A DNA stretch of 64,000 bases from Antedon mediterranea (taxonomy: Eukaryota > Animalia > Echinodermata). The notes under the pieces are model-generated. The model worked only from the letters and a program-made list of their open reading frames with translations. It was not told where the DNA came from and did not search any database. A program made the translations under genes and the position numbers. Positions 52,163-63,922 of the stretch are shown here, in pieces. The stretch lies in NCBI RefSeq assembly GCF_964355755.1, contig NC_092673.1:27711648-27775647 (forward strand), in the 5' to 3' direction. The stretch's first letter is position 1; every line of letters starts with the position of its first letter.

Positions 52163-52944
52163 TTGTATTTCCCACGTATTATTATTATTAACGTTCTATA
52201 CTCACTGATTGTTATATTTTTTCAATTTTGTTTTGTATAGTTTTTGTTTCATTGCACGACCATATTGAAAAACAGAAATGTTGTGATCTTTTCTTTTCTG
52301 AATTGTGTTATCCTGCCTAAATCTGTTAAGAAAAAATTAGTTTACAAAGTATGCGTACAACAAATGAAATTTTCTGTTGGTTAAAAAAGTGTCACCTAAA
52401 ATATCCCCTGTTATAATCCAAATTAAATTGGATAATAACACTAACAAATTACACTACGTACGATGTAAACTATATCCTTATGTGGGGCTATCCATATCGC
52501 ATAACATTCAACACCAATACTTTGGGAAATTCCATTTGTATTGGTTTCACCGAAGCTGATTTATAAAGTTCAGTGAAAGCATTAATTATGCATATTGATT
52601 TAGAAGTTCAAGGTAAATTTAAATGCGAAAATTATCTAAGTTATGTGCGCATCATATCCCATACAATATACTCTAGGTATATGCCTCCAATAACAAATAA
52701 CCAAAATGCATCGAAGTCTGAAATTAACATAACGTGTTTTTAAAGGTCAGAATAGCGGGCGTATTATATTTGATTTGGCTGTTATTGTTTAATTTCAATT
52801 GTGATAAATATAGGTTTTTATGAACCGGTGACGTACGCCCAAACATAAACGTGAGTGAGTAGAGGAATTGATGTGACACTGCAGATAATATTCTCTGATT
52901 AGGCCTACCTCTATCGTGTAGGCCTGATAACTACTGTGGCATGT

Positions 52945-53343
52945 TAAGGCCCATTTACACTAGGACGGTAACGATCGACGATAAATAGATAATCATGCGT
53001 TTTTCTTACATAAAACAAAAGAATTTAGTAAGGTGTTCGTTCTAAAATTATAGAATACTCATTAATTATGCCGTTCTTTGATAATAATATTTTTAAAAAT
53101 CCAATCAAATGACGTCATGATCGATAAATTTGATTTGTCACGATATTATTTCTCTTACTAATCATGCCGTCATTTGATTGGACGTGTGATTGTGAAAATA
53201 TCATTTTCATCCAAGGAAGCATAGATGGTTCCTAAATAGTTCTAGAATAAAAACTTTTTAGATTTCTTTTGTTTTATGTATGAACAATGCATATTTGTTT
53301 ATTTATTGTCGATCGTTATCGCCCTAGTGTAAAAGGACCTTTA
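52945..53343. mobile_element. ~400-bp palindromic MITE (Harbinger-like termini)
   Basis: AAGGCCCATTTACACTAGGACGGTAACGATCGACGATAAATA / TATTTATTGTCGATCGTTATCGCCCTAGTGTAAAAGGACCTT; the arms stay complementary to TCCAATCAAATGACG / CGTCATTTGATTGGA. Confidence 0.75.
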
Positions 53344-53469
53344 GACATACAGATCGTCCGTTTTAGTGCAGTAAATTGACGTTACACGGCTCGAAGAAGA
53401 GCATAACAAGTCTTATGTAGAGCTCTGGGCCATTTACATTTAAAACTGCGTCACTGCACTATGATGTGT

Positions 53470-53842
53470 TGGAATTTCCAGATTGCCTACCCGTCGGACT
53501 GTTTGTATTTGAATAAATGAATCGGTGTCGTCTCTTCTTCCACCGTATTGTTAAATTGAATTGATTACAATGTTTGTATGTTTAAAAGGCCTTATTATTT
53601 CCTCAATTCAAAGAAAATAATGTTTAAATAGTATAGGTAACCAGGCTACAGCTGGTAGTGTATGTAACTGGAAATTCCAACTTCTTAACTTCCTGGAACT
53701 ATTTTGATCATCAATGCAATGCAAAGTATATAACGTCGTCAATGACAGAGATTCGTTGACAACGGTGTGTCGTACTCAACAAGTCAACGGCTTTATCTGA
53801 TCAGAAACCTTTAGGCCTACACAACATTCTTTGTTAAAAAAG
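53470..53842 (+). promoter_or_regulatory. Putative promoter and non-coding first exon of exonuclease A
   Basis: kB-like GGAATTTCC at 53471 and GGAAATTCC at 53670, TATATAA at 53727, donor AAG|GTATGA at 53843; the ATG exon starts directly after an acceptor at 54106. Confidence 0.5.
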
Positions 53843-54106
53843 GTATGATAACTTTAGTCTATATAATAATGTTGGCTCAATTTAATTTATTTAAAGTATC
53901 TTTGAATTATATGTATCGATAGGAACCGGAAACTGTTTTACTTGATGTATGCATGTTTTATTAACAGGTTTTAGCCTATAATGTCTGACCACTACCTCCA
54001 ATATTAGAGATCAAGTGGACATCCCGAATTTGTTTAACTTTACCGTGAGCAAATTATATTATTATATTATCAATTATTGTTCTTAAATCTTATTTTGTTT
54101 TTTTAG

Positions 54107-56393
54107 ATGGTGCGCTATTTTATGGTTATTGATCTTGAGGCGACGTGTGTTTACCCTCGACAACATGACTGGCAGCCGGAGATAATCGAGATAGGGGCGA
54201 TTATCCTGGATTCAAAGCTAAACGAGGTACCTTAGGCCTACAACAAAACATCATAGCCTACTAATATAGTTTACTTTACTACTTTACTAATGTTAACACA
54301 ATTATTATGCCCTAAAGCTCTGTCTACACTATCAAACTTGATCCCAAAAAAATGTGATGTGGACATGGACATGATGATTTCATTCACTACCATATTTGAG
54401 CATATCACTACCATGTTTGGGCATGTCACATTTTTTGACAAACTAGTTTAATACGGTAGTGTAGACAGAGCTGTAAACCTTGATATGGATTTAAATGCCA
54501 GTTCTGTCGTTACAGATCAGTGAATTTCAGGAGTTTGTTCAGCCAGTGGTTAATTCAACGCTGTCATCGTTCTGTCTAGACCTTACGAAAATTACACAGG
54601 TAATTGCACCTACCAGCATAACACAGGTAGACTTAGCTGAATCACTGATGTGAATGAATCAATGATATGTATAAACAAACGTACTGACTAGAATGAACGA
54701 ATAAAATAACAACGTTACTAAAATTATAAATAATCATGACTTAATTAGAAGTAATTTGTAAAAAATAAATTGAAATAAATAATAAAATAGAATAAATAAA
54801 TAGACTTACTAAAGTGCTGATGTGGTACTCGGTAACACTGGCGCTTAACATAGTCATACTAGTTCTATTTTTTTGTTTCCTGCCACTTAGGCTACTTTGT
54901 GGTTGTTCTTTGTTGTTGTGTTTGTGTTGTTTTTTGTCAATAAATAATACGAATAAAGCACTTCTCTATTTGATCCAGGCTAACGTTGATAGAGCTGATA
55001 CCTTCCCAGACGTCTACGAACGAATGTTGACATGGATGAGAAGTAACGGATTGAATACCACATCTAGATCAGGAAACTTTACACTCGTCACGGATGGGTT
55101 AGTAGATTAGACTTTACTTAGGCCCTACTAATGATTGGTTGGTGGTGACTTACCTGAAAAACACGTTGCATTCGTCGTCATTGTACGATGCAAGATTAAA
55201 ATTATTGTAATCTTTGTACTGTACATTTATATTATTGCATTTATTAAAATCATACAAAAGTAAATACTCCTCAGGGTCAATTATATCATCGTAAAGTGCG
55301 ACATTTAATGCATCTTGTACGAACGCCATGATGATTGTTTACAAACATATCAAGCCGAGCGTGACGCGACGTCGTCGTCCCATCGCGTATCGTAAACGAA
55401 CTTTTTAAAGTGGACGACAACCAGCTTTTCACGCATCAGCGCGCACTGGTAATCCGTCGTCGTCCCTCTCCGTCGTGTTTCGTAAACTCTCTAGTATTAA
55501 AGTAGAACTCCTCCTTTGGACACTGATATTCAGGAGACACCGCGATTAAGGGGACGTTCCCACGCGTGCAACGGACTTGTCACCTTTTGACCAACCTCTA
55601 TTCGAGGACACCCCTATTAAATAGAAACTTTGTTGGGTGGGTCCCGAAGGCGTTCCTTTAAATAGACGTTCTAATATTTTGTAATACTGTATTATGTTAT
55701 GATATAAGCACACTAATAGTTAAGCTTGGTTCCCACTAGAGACGCAACGTACGTAACGCTACGTAAGTGATTTGACCAATCACAAGCGATGGATTATTCG
55801 AACAGTTGCTTGTCATTGGTCAACTCGCTTGCTTTTGCATCTACGTCCTTGTGGGAACCAAGATTTAGTTTATAATGAAGTAGCACCAATGTAACCGAAA
55901 CGTAATAATATAAACTTTATTGAATTGCCATAGAGCAGACAATTATTTGTATTTTTCAGAATTTTTGATTGTAATCAATATATACAACACCAGTGTAAAC
56001 TCTGCAAGTTGGAATACCCGGAATGGGCTAAAAGTTTCAGCAACATAAAATCACATTTTATGTACGTTCTGCGCGCGCGCAAAGCTAACGGCAGAACGCA
56101 CAGCATGAGTGAAATGACGGAAAAGCTCGGTACGTAATAATAATAATGATAACAATAATAGTTTTAATTATTTAATCTTAGCAAATCATTTCATTACCAT
56201 AATTTGACTGGTTGAAATGTAGTTATTTTTTATTTTAGGAATTGAAATGGACGGTCAGTTACACAGAGCTTTAGATGATGCTAAGATTATCGTCAAGATA
56301 ATGAAAGGTATTCGAGGAAGACGTCCGGGGTTCCCGTTCAATACCAATGCAACATACAGGCCTGATTGGACATTGAGGTTTTTCGACGACTAA
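54107..56393 (+). CDS. ERI1-like DEDDh 3'-5' exonuclease, copy A (nuclease domain only), 215 aa
   Basis: Exons 54107-54226, 54516-54599, 54979-55097, 55960-56129, 56239-56393 (648 nt). ExoI VIDLEATC, EIIEIG, ExoII VTDGIFD, ExoIII HRALDDA; NVDRADTFPDV and EYPEWAKSFSNIK resemble ERI1. Confidence 0.9.
54313..54475. mobile_element. MITE family 1 copy in exonuclease A intron 1
   Basis: TAAAGCTCTGTCTACACTATCAAACT ... AGTGTAGACAGAGCTGTA. Confidence 0.85.
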
Positions 56394-57087
56394 GCAGAAT
56401 GTGTTTGCGGTAACACCACGTAATACGACAACCCGTTTACGTTCTTATGTATTGATCCAGAAAAGTATTTTCGGTATATCCATTATCTCGATCATCATGT
56501 GGACCCAGATGTAATTGTTTTCATATATTATATGTTGTTTTTATTTTATGTAAGAACTATCACATACATTTTGAGTTATGTAAGATTACGGTCTTTGCAC
56601 CTTAAAAATTACTTGTAAAAACGGAATGCAGTTATGCGGATTTGTATATTAAGTTTACGGATTAGTTTCCTTTTGTTTTCCACAATTTATTTTGTTAATA
56701 AATCTTATTATTATTATTATTGTTATTACTGATATTATTTTATTTATTTTATTGGCATGTGCGTCACTACAGGAGCATGACATACCCGCAACTCCTGAAA
56801 CGAGAAGAAAATTTTAAACACTGAATGTGAAATTTAATAGTACTGTAAAAATAGAGTATTACACTTTGTTTTATGTATATAATATTATAAGTAATAAACA
56901 AATGCCTGCGGTAACACCATAAAAATAGTTATAATAACAATCTTTAGACAACTATTTACGTGTGTACATATTTGTTATATTTAAAAACAATTACAGTGCT
57001 CTATTAGATTTTAAAATTGTGATTTTTTTTTTGTGGACGAACCGATTATTAATTATAATTCGTTACCATTCCATTACATAAATTCAT

Positions 57088-57289
57088 GATTGTTTTATTT
57101 AAGACTACATTTTAATATACAATAATAATGTGATGTTGACATGACGTCATGTTTATTTGTTGCCAATGATGCGTTGGTGTTGGAAAATCGAAGGAGATGC
57201 TGAGCTGCTCGATGACGTCATCAAGTTCGACATACGCAGTGTGACATTGGACGGATGATATCATCCGAATTGTAGTTTGTGATTGGTCA
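57088..57289. promoter_or_regulatory. Conserved non-coding block upstream of exonuclease B (two CREs and a CCAAT)
   Basis: Highly similar to 61125-61331; palindrome ACATGACGTCATGT, second TGACGTCA at 57213, GATTGGTCA. Confidence 0.65.
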
Positions 57290-58918
57290 AACTATTTGTG
57301 TTCCGCGTACGTACGCCATTGTCTTAATTTAATCTCCATTAATGTTTTATCAATACATACGCCTACATATTGATCGTTTATCATATAATTAGTAACTTGT
57401 TAATTTCTCTGGAAATTCCAAAGAGTGCAGTAATAATATATTATACGGTTTTTCTAGATTATTCACTTTAATCATTTCATGCGTCATTTTAACGTTTTAT
57501 AAAACATTTTGTTACTAAATTGATATCTTATCGCAATGTAGTTCCCACTTTTGACGCAGTATTAAAGCCCCATTCCCTACGTTTTTTAGATCTAATTTAA
57601 GATCACAAACTATATTTAATGTAAAAATAATACTATATGGTCCTATTGCGATAACTTTTTTCGTCTTTAAACGGTTAAAAATGTGAAAAATAAGTCGATT
57701 CTAATAATTATAGCGGCCCGCTATAAATCCCAAAATGAATTGCGCGCGGATGGATATTTTTGTTTTTCACCTGTAATTCGCCCACTTTTCGATCGATCGT
57801 GAGGCCAAAACAAATGGAAGACTCCTAACTTTTCAGCGAAAATACCGGGTTTTCCCCAATTTGTATCAACGGAGTCTGGCAAAAATAGAAAGACAATTAA
57901 TGCAGCAACTATACAACGTCAGGCTAGGTATATAGGCCCGCGTACGATGTTCGTACGTTACCGATGTTTACCAGCTAGGCCTACAAAACTAAGCCTAGCT
58001 AGGCTAGGCCTTAAGCCGATTTTCCACTAGGCGAATTTGTTCGCGCGAATCGAAGGCGTCAGCTAATACGCATGCGTAGAGAAGGATTTGGAAGACGTAA
58101 ACATGAATACACATGCGTACGACGCGTGGATTTACGGTAATCGCGTCGCAAGTTTTACCAATCACGACACGATGGATCATGCAAACTGTCGCTTGTGATT
58201 GTCACGTTGTCGCGCGCGTTAACTCATTTCTGTGCGTCCGAGTGGAAACGCGCAATTTACTTGCGTTGCGCTAACGTCTTTGTGCGTTGGATTTCGTCGT
58301 TGAGACCACCAAACTTTATCCATCCATCGCTATATTGTGGGAAATTGCTGATGTCCTGTATGTTTACAATTGTATACTACGTCATGACTGACTTTGTACC
58401 AACTTGCTTATCGCTATAATAACTCTTTACATTTATTATTAAATTAACATTTATAAAAAGAAACTGAGTGTAAAACTCCAAATACCAGTAGTATTTGTTT
58501 ATTTTGATTGTTTATTTTAGTAGTAGGCCTAACCAACCTGGAAAAATCCAAATTGGAATTTCCAAAATGATTGTGTAATGTTTTAATTATTATAGAATCA
58601 TTTAGGTTATCGATGATGAAAGTCAGAGGACTATAAATTAGGTTGTGAATCGTGCGACGAGTCATTTTCATTTCTTGATTGTGTCACCTCTAAACAGAGT
58701 TTAGTCTCTTACATTACGGTATACAGTATAGACTAATAAATACAAAGTAAGGTAGGCTATACATGCACACAATAACATTGTAGAATTAGGTAGAATTGGT
58801 TTGTTACATAGGCTACAGCAATTGCTTAATAGAAATACATTCATTTTAATTTATACTGCACATCTTAAGGGTTATTATTTTTGTTATTAATTAATTTACA
58901 ATGTCTTATTTTGTTTAG

Positions 58919-60879
58919 ATGGCGTGCTACTTTTTGGTTATTGATCTGGAGGCGACGTGTATTTACCCTCGACAACAGGACTGGGACGCGGAGATAATTG
59001 AAATAGGGGCGGTTATACTGGATTCGAGACTGAAACAAGTAGGCATTGGACTTGTTTGTTTGATTTTAAGCATTTAGATCTTGTAATTAAAATCATACTT
59101 GGTACCATATGACTCGCCGTCACCAACCCACCCGTCCTTCTCCTAACATCTATTTTCGAAAATGTATTACCAGTGTGATTCTTATTTCAGATCAGTGAAT
59201 TTCAGGAGTTTGTTAAGCCAGTTGTAAACCCGATATTATCGCCGTATTGTCTGGATCTTTTGAAGATCACTCAGGTAAGAAATGAACATTTTATCCATAC
59301 TTTATCCATACTCCCCGTCTCTTAGTGGTAGATTTAAAAAAAAAAGATAAAGGCCCGAGTCCCGTGTTCATTCTCTGAACGTAGGGAAATAAGATGTAAG
59401 AGGAGCTCATTGTACTAACCTCGGCATTGGTGATGTACCTCATAGGTACTCGTTTACAGCTGAGTGGACTGGGAGTTGTCGGGAATTGAACCCGGGTCTC
59501 TCTGTATGACAGTTTGTTTGTTTGTTTTTTATTGATTTCCACACAAAATGAATATGATAATTAAGTAACAATAGACATATTATATATAAGAAAGATGTGT
59601 GGCTGGTGGGCAAATAAGTTCAAAGAACTTTAAGGCTTACCCACCACAAAAGATACAATAAACATAATCAAGTATGACGAGTAAGAATATAAAATAAGAA
59701 GTAAAAAGACATAAATAAAATAAAAAATTAAAAAGTAAATAAATTTAAAAAAAACAATAGTATAAATTATTAAATAAATGAATCATAAGTGTTTAAACTT
59801 TAACATTTGCATAAGTAATAATAAGTTACGTAGTATTTAAGTTCAGTTAAGTGTCCTAACCACTCGGTCTAGATAATACAAATTTTAAAAAGTTAATCAA
59901 AATCAAATGTGTTTTCTTGAGGTTGGTATTTAACATTTTATTCTGCAAGGGTGATGTTGATACCGCAGATACATTTCTGACGGTTTATGAACGGATGTTG
60001 ACGTGGATGGAAGCGAACGGATTAAAGCTCACTGGCTACCAAAACTTTGTTCTCGTCACAGACGGGTAAGCTTAAGGTTTATCTATTAACTTAGTCCTAG
60101 CCCAACCGCAATTACACCTAAATAAATACATTAATAATATTGACCGAATAATGTGACCATTTTGTAACATCATCAGTTGAAAAAAAATTATTAAATGATG
60201 ATAGAAATTCAATTTTCATTTTGAGTCTATTTTACTAAAGTAGGCCTAGATACATGGATTAAACGTGTTATGCTATGTTCATAATGTTGTGTTTTGTTTA
60301 ATGTGATGGTACAATGTTATGTTTATGTAATGTTGTATGCTATAGTTTTTGCTGACTCTTGTGGTAACCCACCGGAATGTTTTTAATTTGAATATATTTG
60401 TTCTTTTTTAAGAATCTTTGATTGTAATCAGTGGATACGTAATCAATGCAAAATCTCTGAAATTGAATATCCGGGATGGGCTAAAAGCTTTAGCAACATA
60501 AAGAAACACTTTATGTATGCTCTGCGCACGCGCAAAGCTGACCGCAGCTCCTTTACCATCAGTGAAATGACGGAGAAGCTAGGTAGGTCTAATGCTCTGT
60601 CTACACTATCAAACTTTATGTGATGTGCCCATATATGGACATGATGATGTCATATCACTACCATATTTGGAAAATAAAAAATATAGTGCGGTGTCTATAT
60701 TTGCTAAACGTATTTGTTTATTTATAGGAATTAGGATAGACGGTCAGCTACACAGAGCTTTAGATGATGCCAAGATTGTCGTGAAGATTATGAAAAGCAT
60801 CAGAGGAAAACGTTCAAATTTTCGTTTCGATGTGAATGCTCAACTAAAGCGTGAATGGACCATGACGTTTTACGAATAA
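58919..60879 (+). CDS. ERI1-like DEDDh 3'-5' exonuclease, copy B, 213 aa
   Basis: Exons 58919-59038, 59191-59274, 59950-60065, 60413-60582, 60728-60879 (642 nt); all D-E-D-H-D catalytic residues present. Upstream GGAATTTCC at 58555 and TATAAA at 58632. Confidence 0.9.
59345..59871 (-). mobile_element. tRNA-derived SINE interrupted by a LINE 3' end
   Basis: Minus strand: A box TAGACCGAGTGG, B box GGTTCAATTCC, then CCCAGTCCACTCAGCTGTAAACGAGTACC. Split by 59515-59843, which has an AATAAA-(AAAC)n tail, with CAGTT duplicated at 59510 and 59844. Confidence 0.7.
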
Positions 60880-61124
60880 AATATTTGCGGTAACACCACG
60901 TAATAAAGATCGTTCGACGTTTCGATTAATGTTTGTTAGTGCCTCGATCTAATAAACTCTGGTCGGACAAATAGTCGTTTACTAACTTTATACGTATATA
61001 TATATATAGTCAGTCTAGAAGTATTATGCCTAATTATAGGCTGGCATACATATATAATATATCATAGTATTGTATTGTATAAATAGTGTATTAAATTGAT
61101 TACTGGAGTACAGTACTAATTGAA

Positions 61125-61331
61125 ATTGTTTTATTGATGACTACATTCTAATATCAAATGATAAATAAATGTGATGTTGACATGACGTCATGTTTATTGA
61201 TTGCCGATGATGCATTGGTGTTGGGAAATCGAGGGAGATTCTGAGCTCCTCGATGACGTCAACAAGTTCGACATACGCAGCATGAAATTGGATTGGATGA
61301 TTTCATTCGAATTGTAGTTTATGATTGGTCA
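61125..61331. promoter_or_regulatory. Conserved non-coding block upstream of exonuclease C
   Basis: Paralog of 57088-57289; CREs at 61183 and 61254. Confidence 0.65.
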
Positions 61332-61345
61332 GCACCTGTTAAATA

Positions 61346-62331
61346 GACCGGGCGCCCGGAAGATTTATTCATGTGAAAAGATACAAAAGGTTTGATGATG
61401 TAGTTAGGTGCGTATTAGGGCGAGATGCAATATTCGACATTGCTGCCGGGTCACAGCCTGTACATGGGGCCTGTGGGGATCATAACATAGGGGGGTAAAA
61501 ATGCATTTATTCATGTGAAGCGATACAAGGATAAACTTTTTTGGATATCATTCGCAGTGGGCTATACTAACTAACTAGTAGCTATACTACTAATGATTAC
61601 ATCACCAATGACAGCAACTTTATCCTGTACGGGGCGCCAAACAGCAACATTTTAGGGCCACGCCCAAATGGGTTTATTCATGTGAAGCGATACAAGGTTG
61701 AATCTTTTTTTAATGGCAGCAATACATATTGGGGATGAAAAAAAACACCAATGACAGCAACTTTATCCTGTACATAAGCTCAGACAGCAGCCCGAAAGGT
61801 CTCTTTATTGTTTTAGCATTCTACTGTGTATTTATTGTCAGTTCGAGTCCGTATCACGTATTTCTAACTCAGCTGAACGCCATAAGACGACATACGCGCC
61901 GAGTATATAGCCGAATAAGGGGAAACTGCGGACCTTTCGTGCTGCTGTCTGAGCTTATGTACAGGATAAAGTTGCTGTCATTGGTGTTTTTTTCATCCCC
62001 AATATGTATTGCTGCCATTAAAAAAAGATTCAACATTGTATCGCTTCACATGAATAAACCAATTTGGGCGTGGCCCTAAAATGTTGCTGTTTGGCGCCCC
62101 GTACAGGATAAAGTCGCTGTCATTGGTGATGTAATCATTAGTAGCCCACTGCGAATGATATCCAAATAAAATTTTATCCTTGTATCGCTTCACATGAATA
62201 AATGCATTTTGCAAATGCATCATTGACCCGGCAGCAATGTCGAATATTGCATCTCGCCCTAATACGCACCTAACTACATCATCAAACCTTTTGTATCTTT
62301 TCACATGAATAAATCTTCCTGGCGCCCGGTC
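61346..62331. mobile_element. ~1-kb foldback element (long-TIR MITE), TA-flanked
   Basis: Left arm 61346-61801 is the near-perfect reverse complement of right arm 61931-62331; 129-bp spacer; TA at 61344-45 and 62332-33. Modular internal repeats per arm: TTTATTCATGTGAA..GATACAA (x3) and CACCAATGACAGC.ACTTTATCCTGTAC (x2). Confidence 0.92.
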
Positions 62332-62629
62332 TAGAAGTTGGAAATTCCAAAATGGTGAAATTTTACTAATTAAAACTATTTTTAATTATTGATGATGAAA
62401 TACATTATCAATATATATTATAGACCATGACGGTGGTGATTTTTCATACGTTGGAAATTCTCAACTAAACAAGTCAACTCAACAATTTGAAAGTATGTTA
62501 TTATAATGTTTTGTCCAAATAGATGTAAATAGGAGATGTATTTTAATAGGAGATTTTAAAATACAACTCGTCCTTATTATTGGGTCTTTCTTAAATTTTT
62601 TGAATAATGTACAGTATGTATTTTTTTAG

Positions 62630-63922
62630 ATGGCGCGTTATTTTTTGGTTATTGATCTGGAGGCGACGTGTGTTTACCCGCGACAACATACTGGCAGCCG
62701 GAGATAATCGAGATAGGGGCGATTATACTGGATTCGAGACTGAATCAAGTAGGCATTGGATTTCTATTTTGTTTGAAAAATATCTCATTAAGAGAAGACA
62801 AAACGCTTGTAATATGTTCCATGACCACTACCCCTTTTTCAGCCACTTTTTTAAACGTTTTTTTTTATAAGGTGACCGATGCCTCATCGTATGTATGTGA
62901 TTTTATTTCAGATCAGTGAATTTCAAGAGTTCGTTAAGCCAGTTGTAAACCCGACATTGTCGCCGTATTGTCTGGATCTTTTGAAGATCACTCAGGTAAA
63001 TAAGCCTATTTTTAAAAACTATGTCATTTACATCTTTAAAAATAATCAAAAGAAAACTGGTAAATCAAAAAGGGCCATAAATACACTAAAACTGGGTTTT
63101 TTCAAAGTTGAAAAGTTTACAATTGTTTTTGGTTCAGGCTGATGTTGAAAATGCGGATACATTTCCTGCGGTTTACGGACGTATGGTGTCGTGGATGGAA
63201 GCAAACAGATTGAGGCTCACTTGTTACCAAAACTTTGTCCTAGTCACTGACGGGTACGTAATGCCATAAGGCCTACTGTTTATAGTCGTCATTTTTTCAT
63301 CAATATTTGGTAAATAACAATATTTTGGTGTTGTTTTTAGAATCTTTGATTGTAACCAGTATATACGCAATCAATGCAAACTGTCTGGTTTGGAGTATCC
63401 AATATGGGCTAAAAGTTTTAGCAACATAAAAAAACACTTTATGTTTGCTCTGCGCACGCGCAAAACTGATGGCAGATCATACAGCATGAGTGAAATGACA
63501 GAAACATTGGGTATGTCGTCACTATTTATAATTATCATTATTGCGAAGTGAAAGAATAATGGTCCTGTTTTAGTATAGTAAGGCCTAAATTACTTTAGAC
63601 CAATTAAATATGACAGCAGGCTATATATTTCAACGTGTCTTTTTATTGGGACCTCGACTCTTGCTGGTTATTATGGTTATCATTATTATTACTAAAAAAA
63701 TATTACGATTGATTGAATAAAGTTTACAAATTTACAAGAATTATAATATAAATGTGTTTTGTCATTATAGGAATTAGAATGGACGGTCAGTTACACAGAG
63801 CTTTAGATGATGCCAAGATTGTCGTCAAGATAATGAAAGGTGTTCGAAGGAAGCGCCCGGGGTTTGACTTCAATGCGAATGCACAGTTAAAGAGCAATTG
63901 GACTCTTAAGTTTTTCGACTAG
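62630..63922 (+). pseudogene. ERI1-like exonuclease, copy C, with a 1-nt frameshift in coding exon 1
   Basis: Exons 62630-62748 (119 nt versus 120 in A and B), 62912-62995, 63138-63253, 63341-63510, 63771-63922. CAT-ACTGG replaces CAT-GAC-TGG, giving TAA at 62705-62707; the remaining exons are open with catalytic residues intact. Confidence 0.8.

Noticed and set aside
59470-59871. Possible tRNA gene with an intron
   Set aside because: No acceptor stem, and it continues into a SINE body; the interruption is a LINE tail.
61729-62304. ORFs within the foldback element
   Set aside because: Arise from modular repeats; no transposase motifs.
54107-63922. Horizontal transfer of the exonucleases from bacteria (IDLEATC, EIIEIGA and HRALDDA resemble KapD-like proteins)
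   Set aside because: The middle of the protein (VDRADTF, VTDG, QC....YP.WAK...NIK) is ERI1-like, and the intron positions after ITQ and within DG match what I recall for animal ERI1. Vertical origin is more parsimonious; a tree would settle it.
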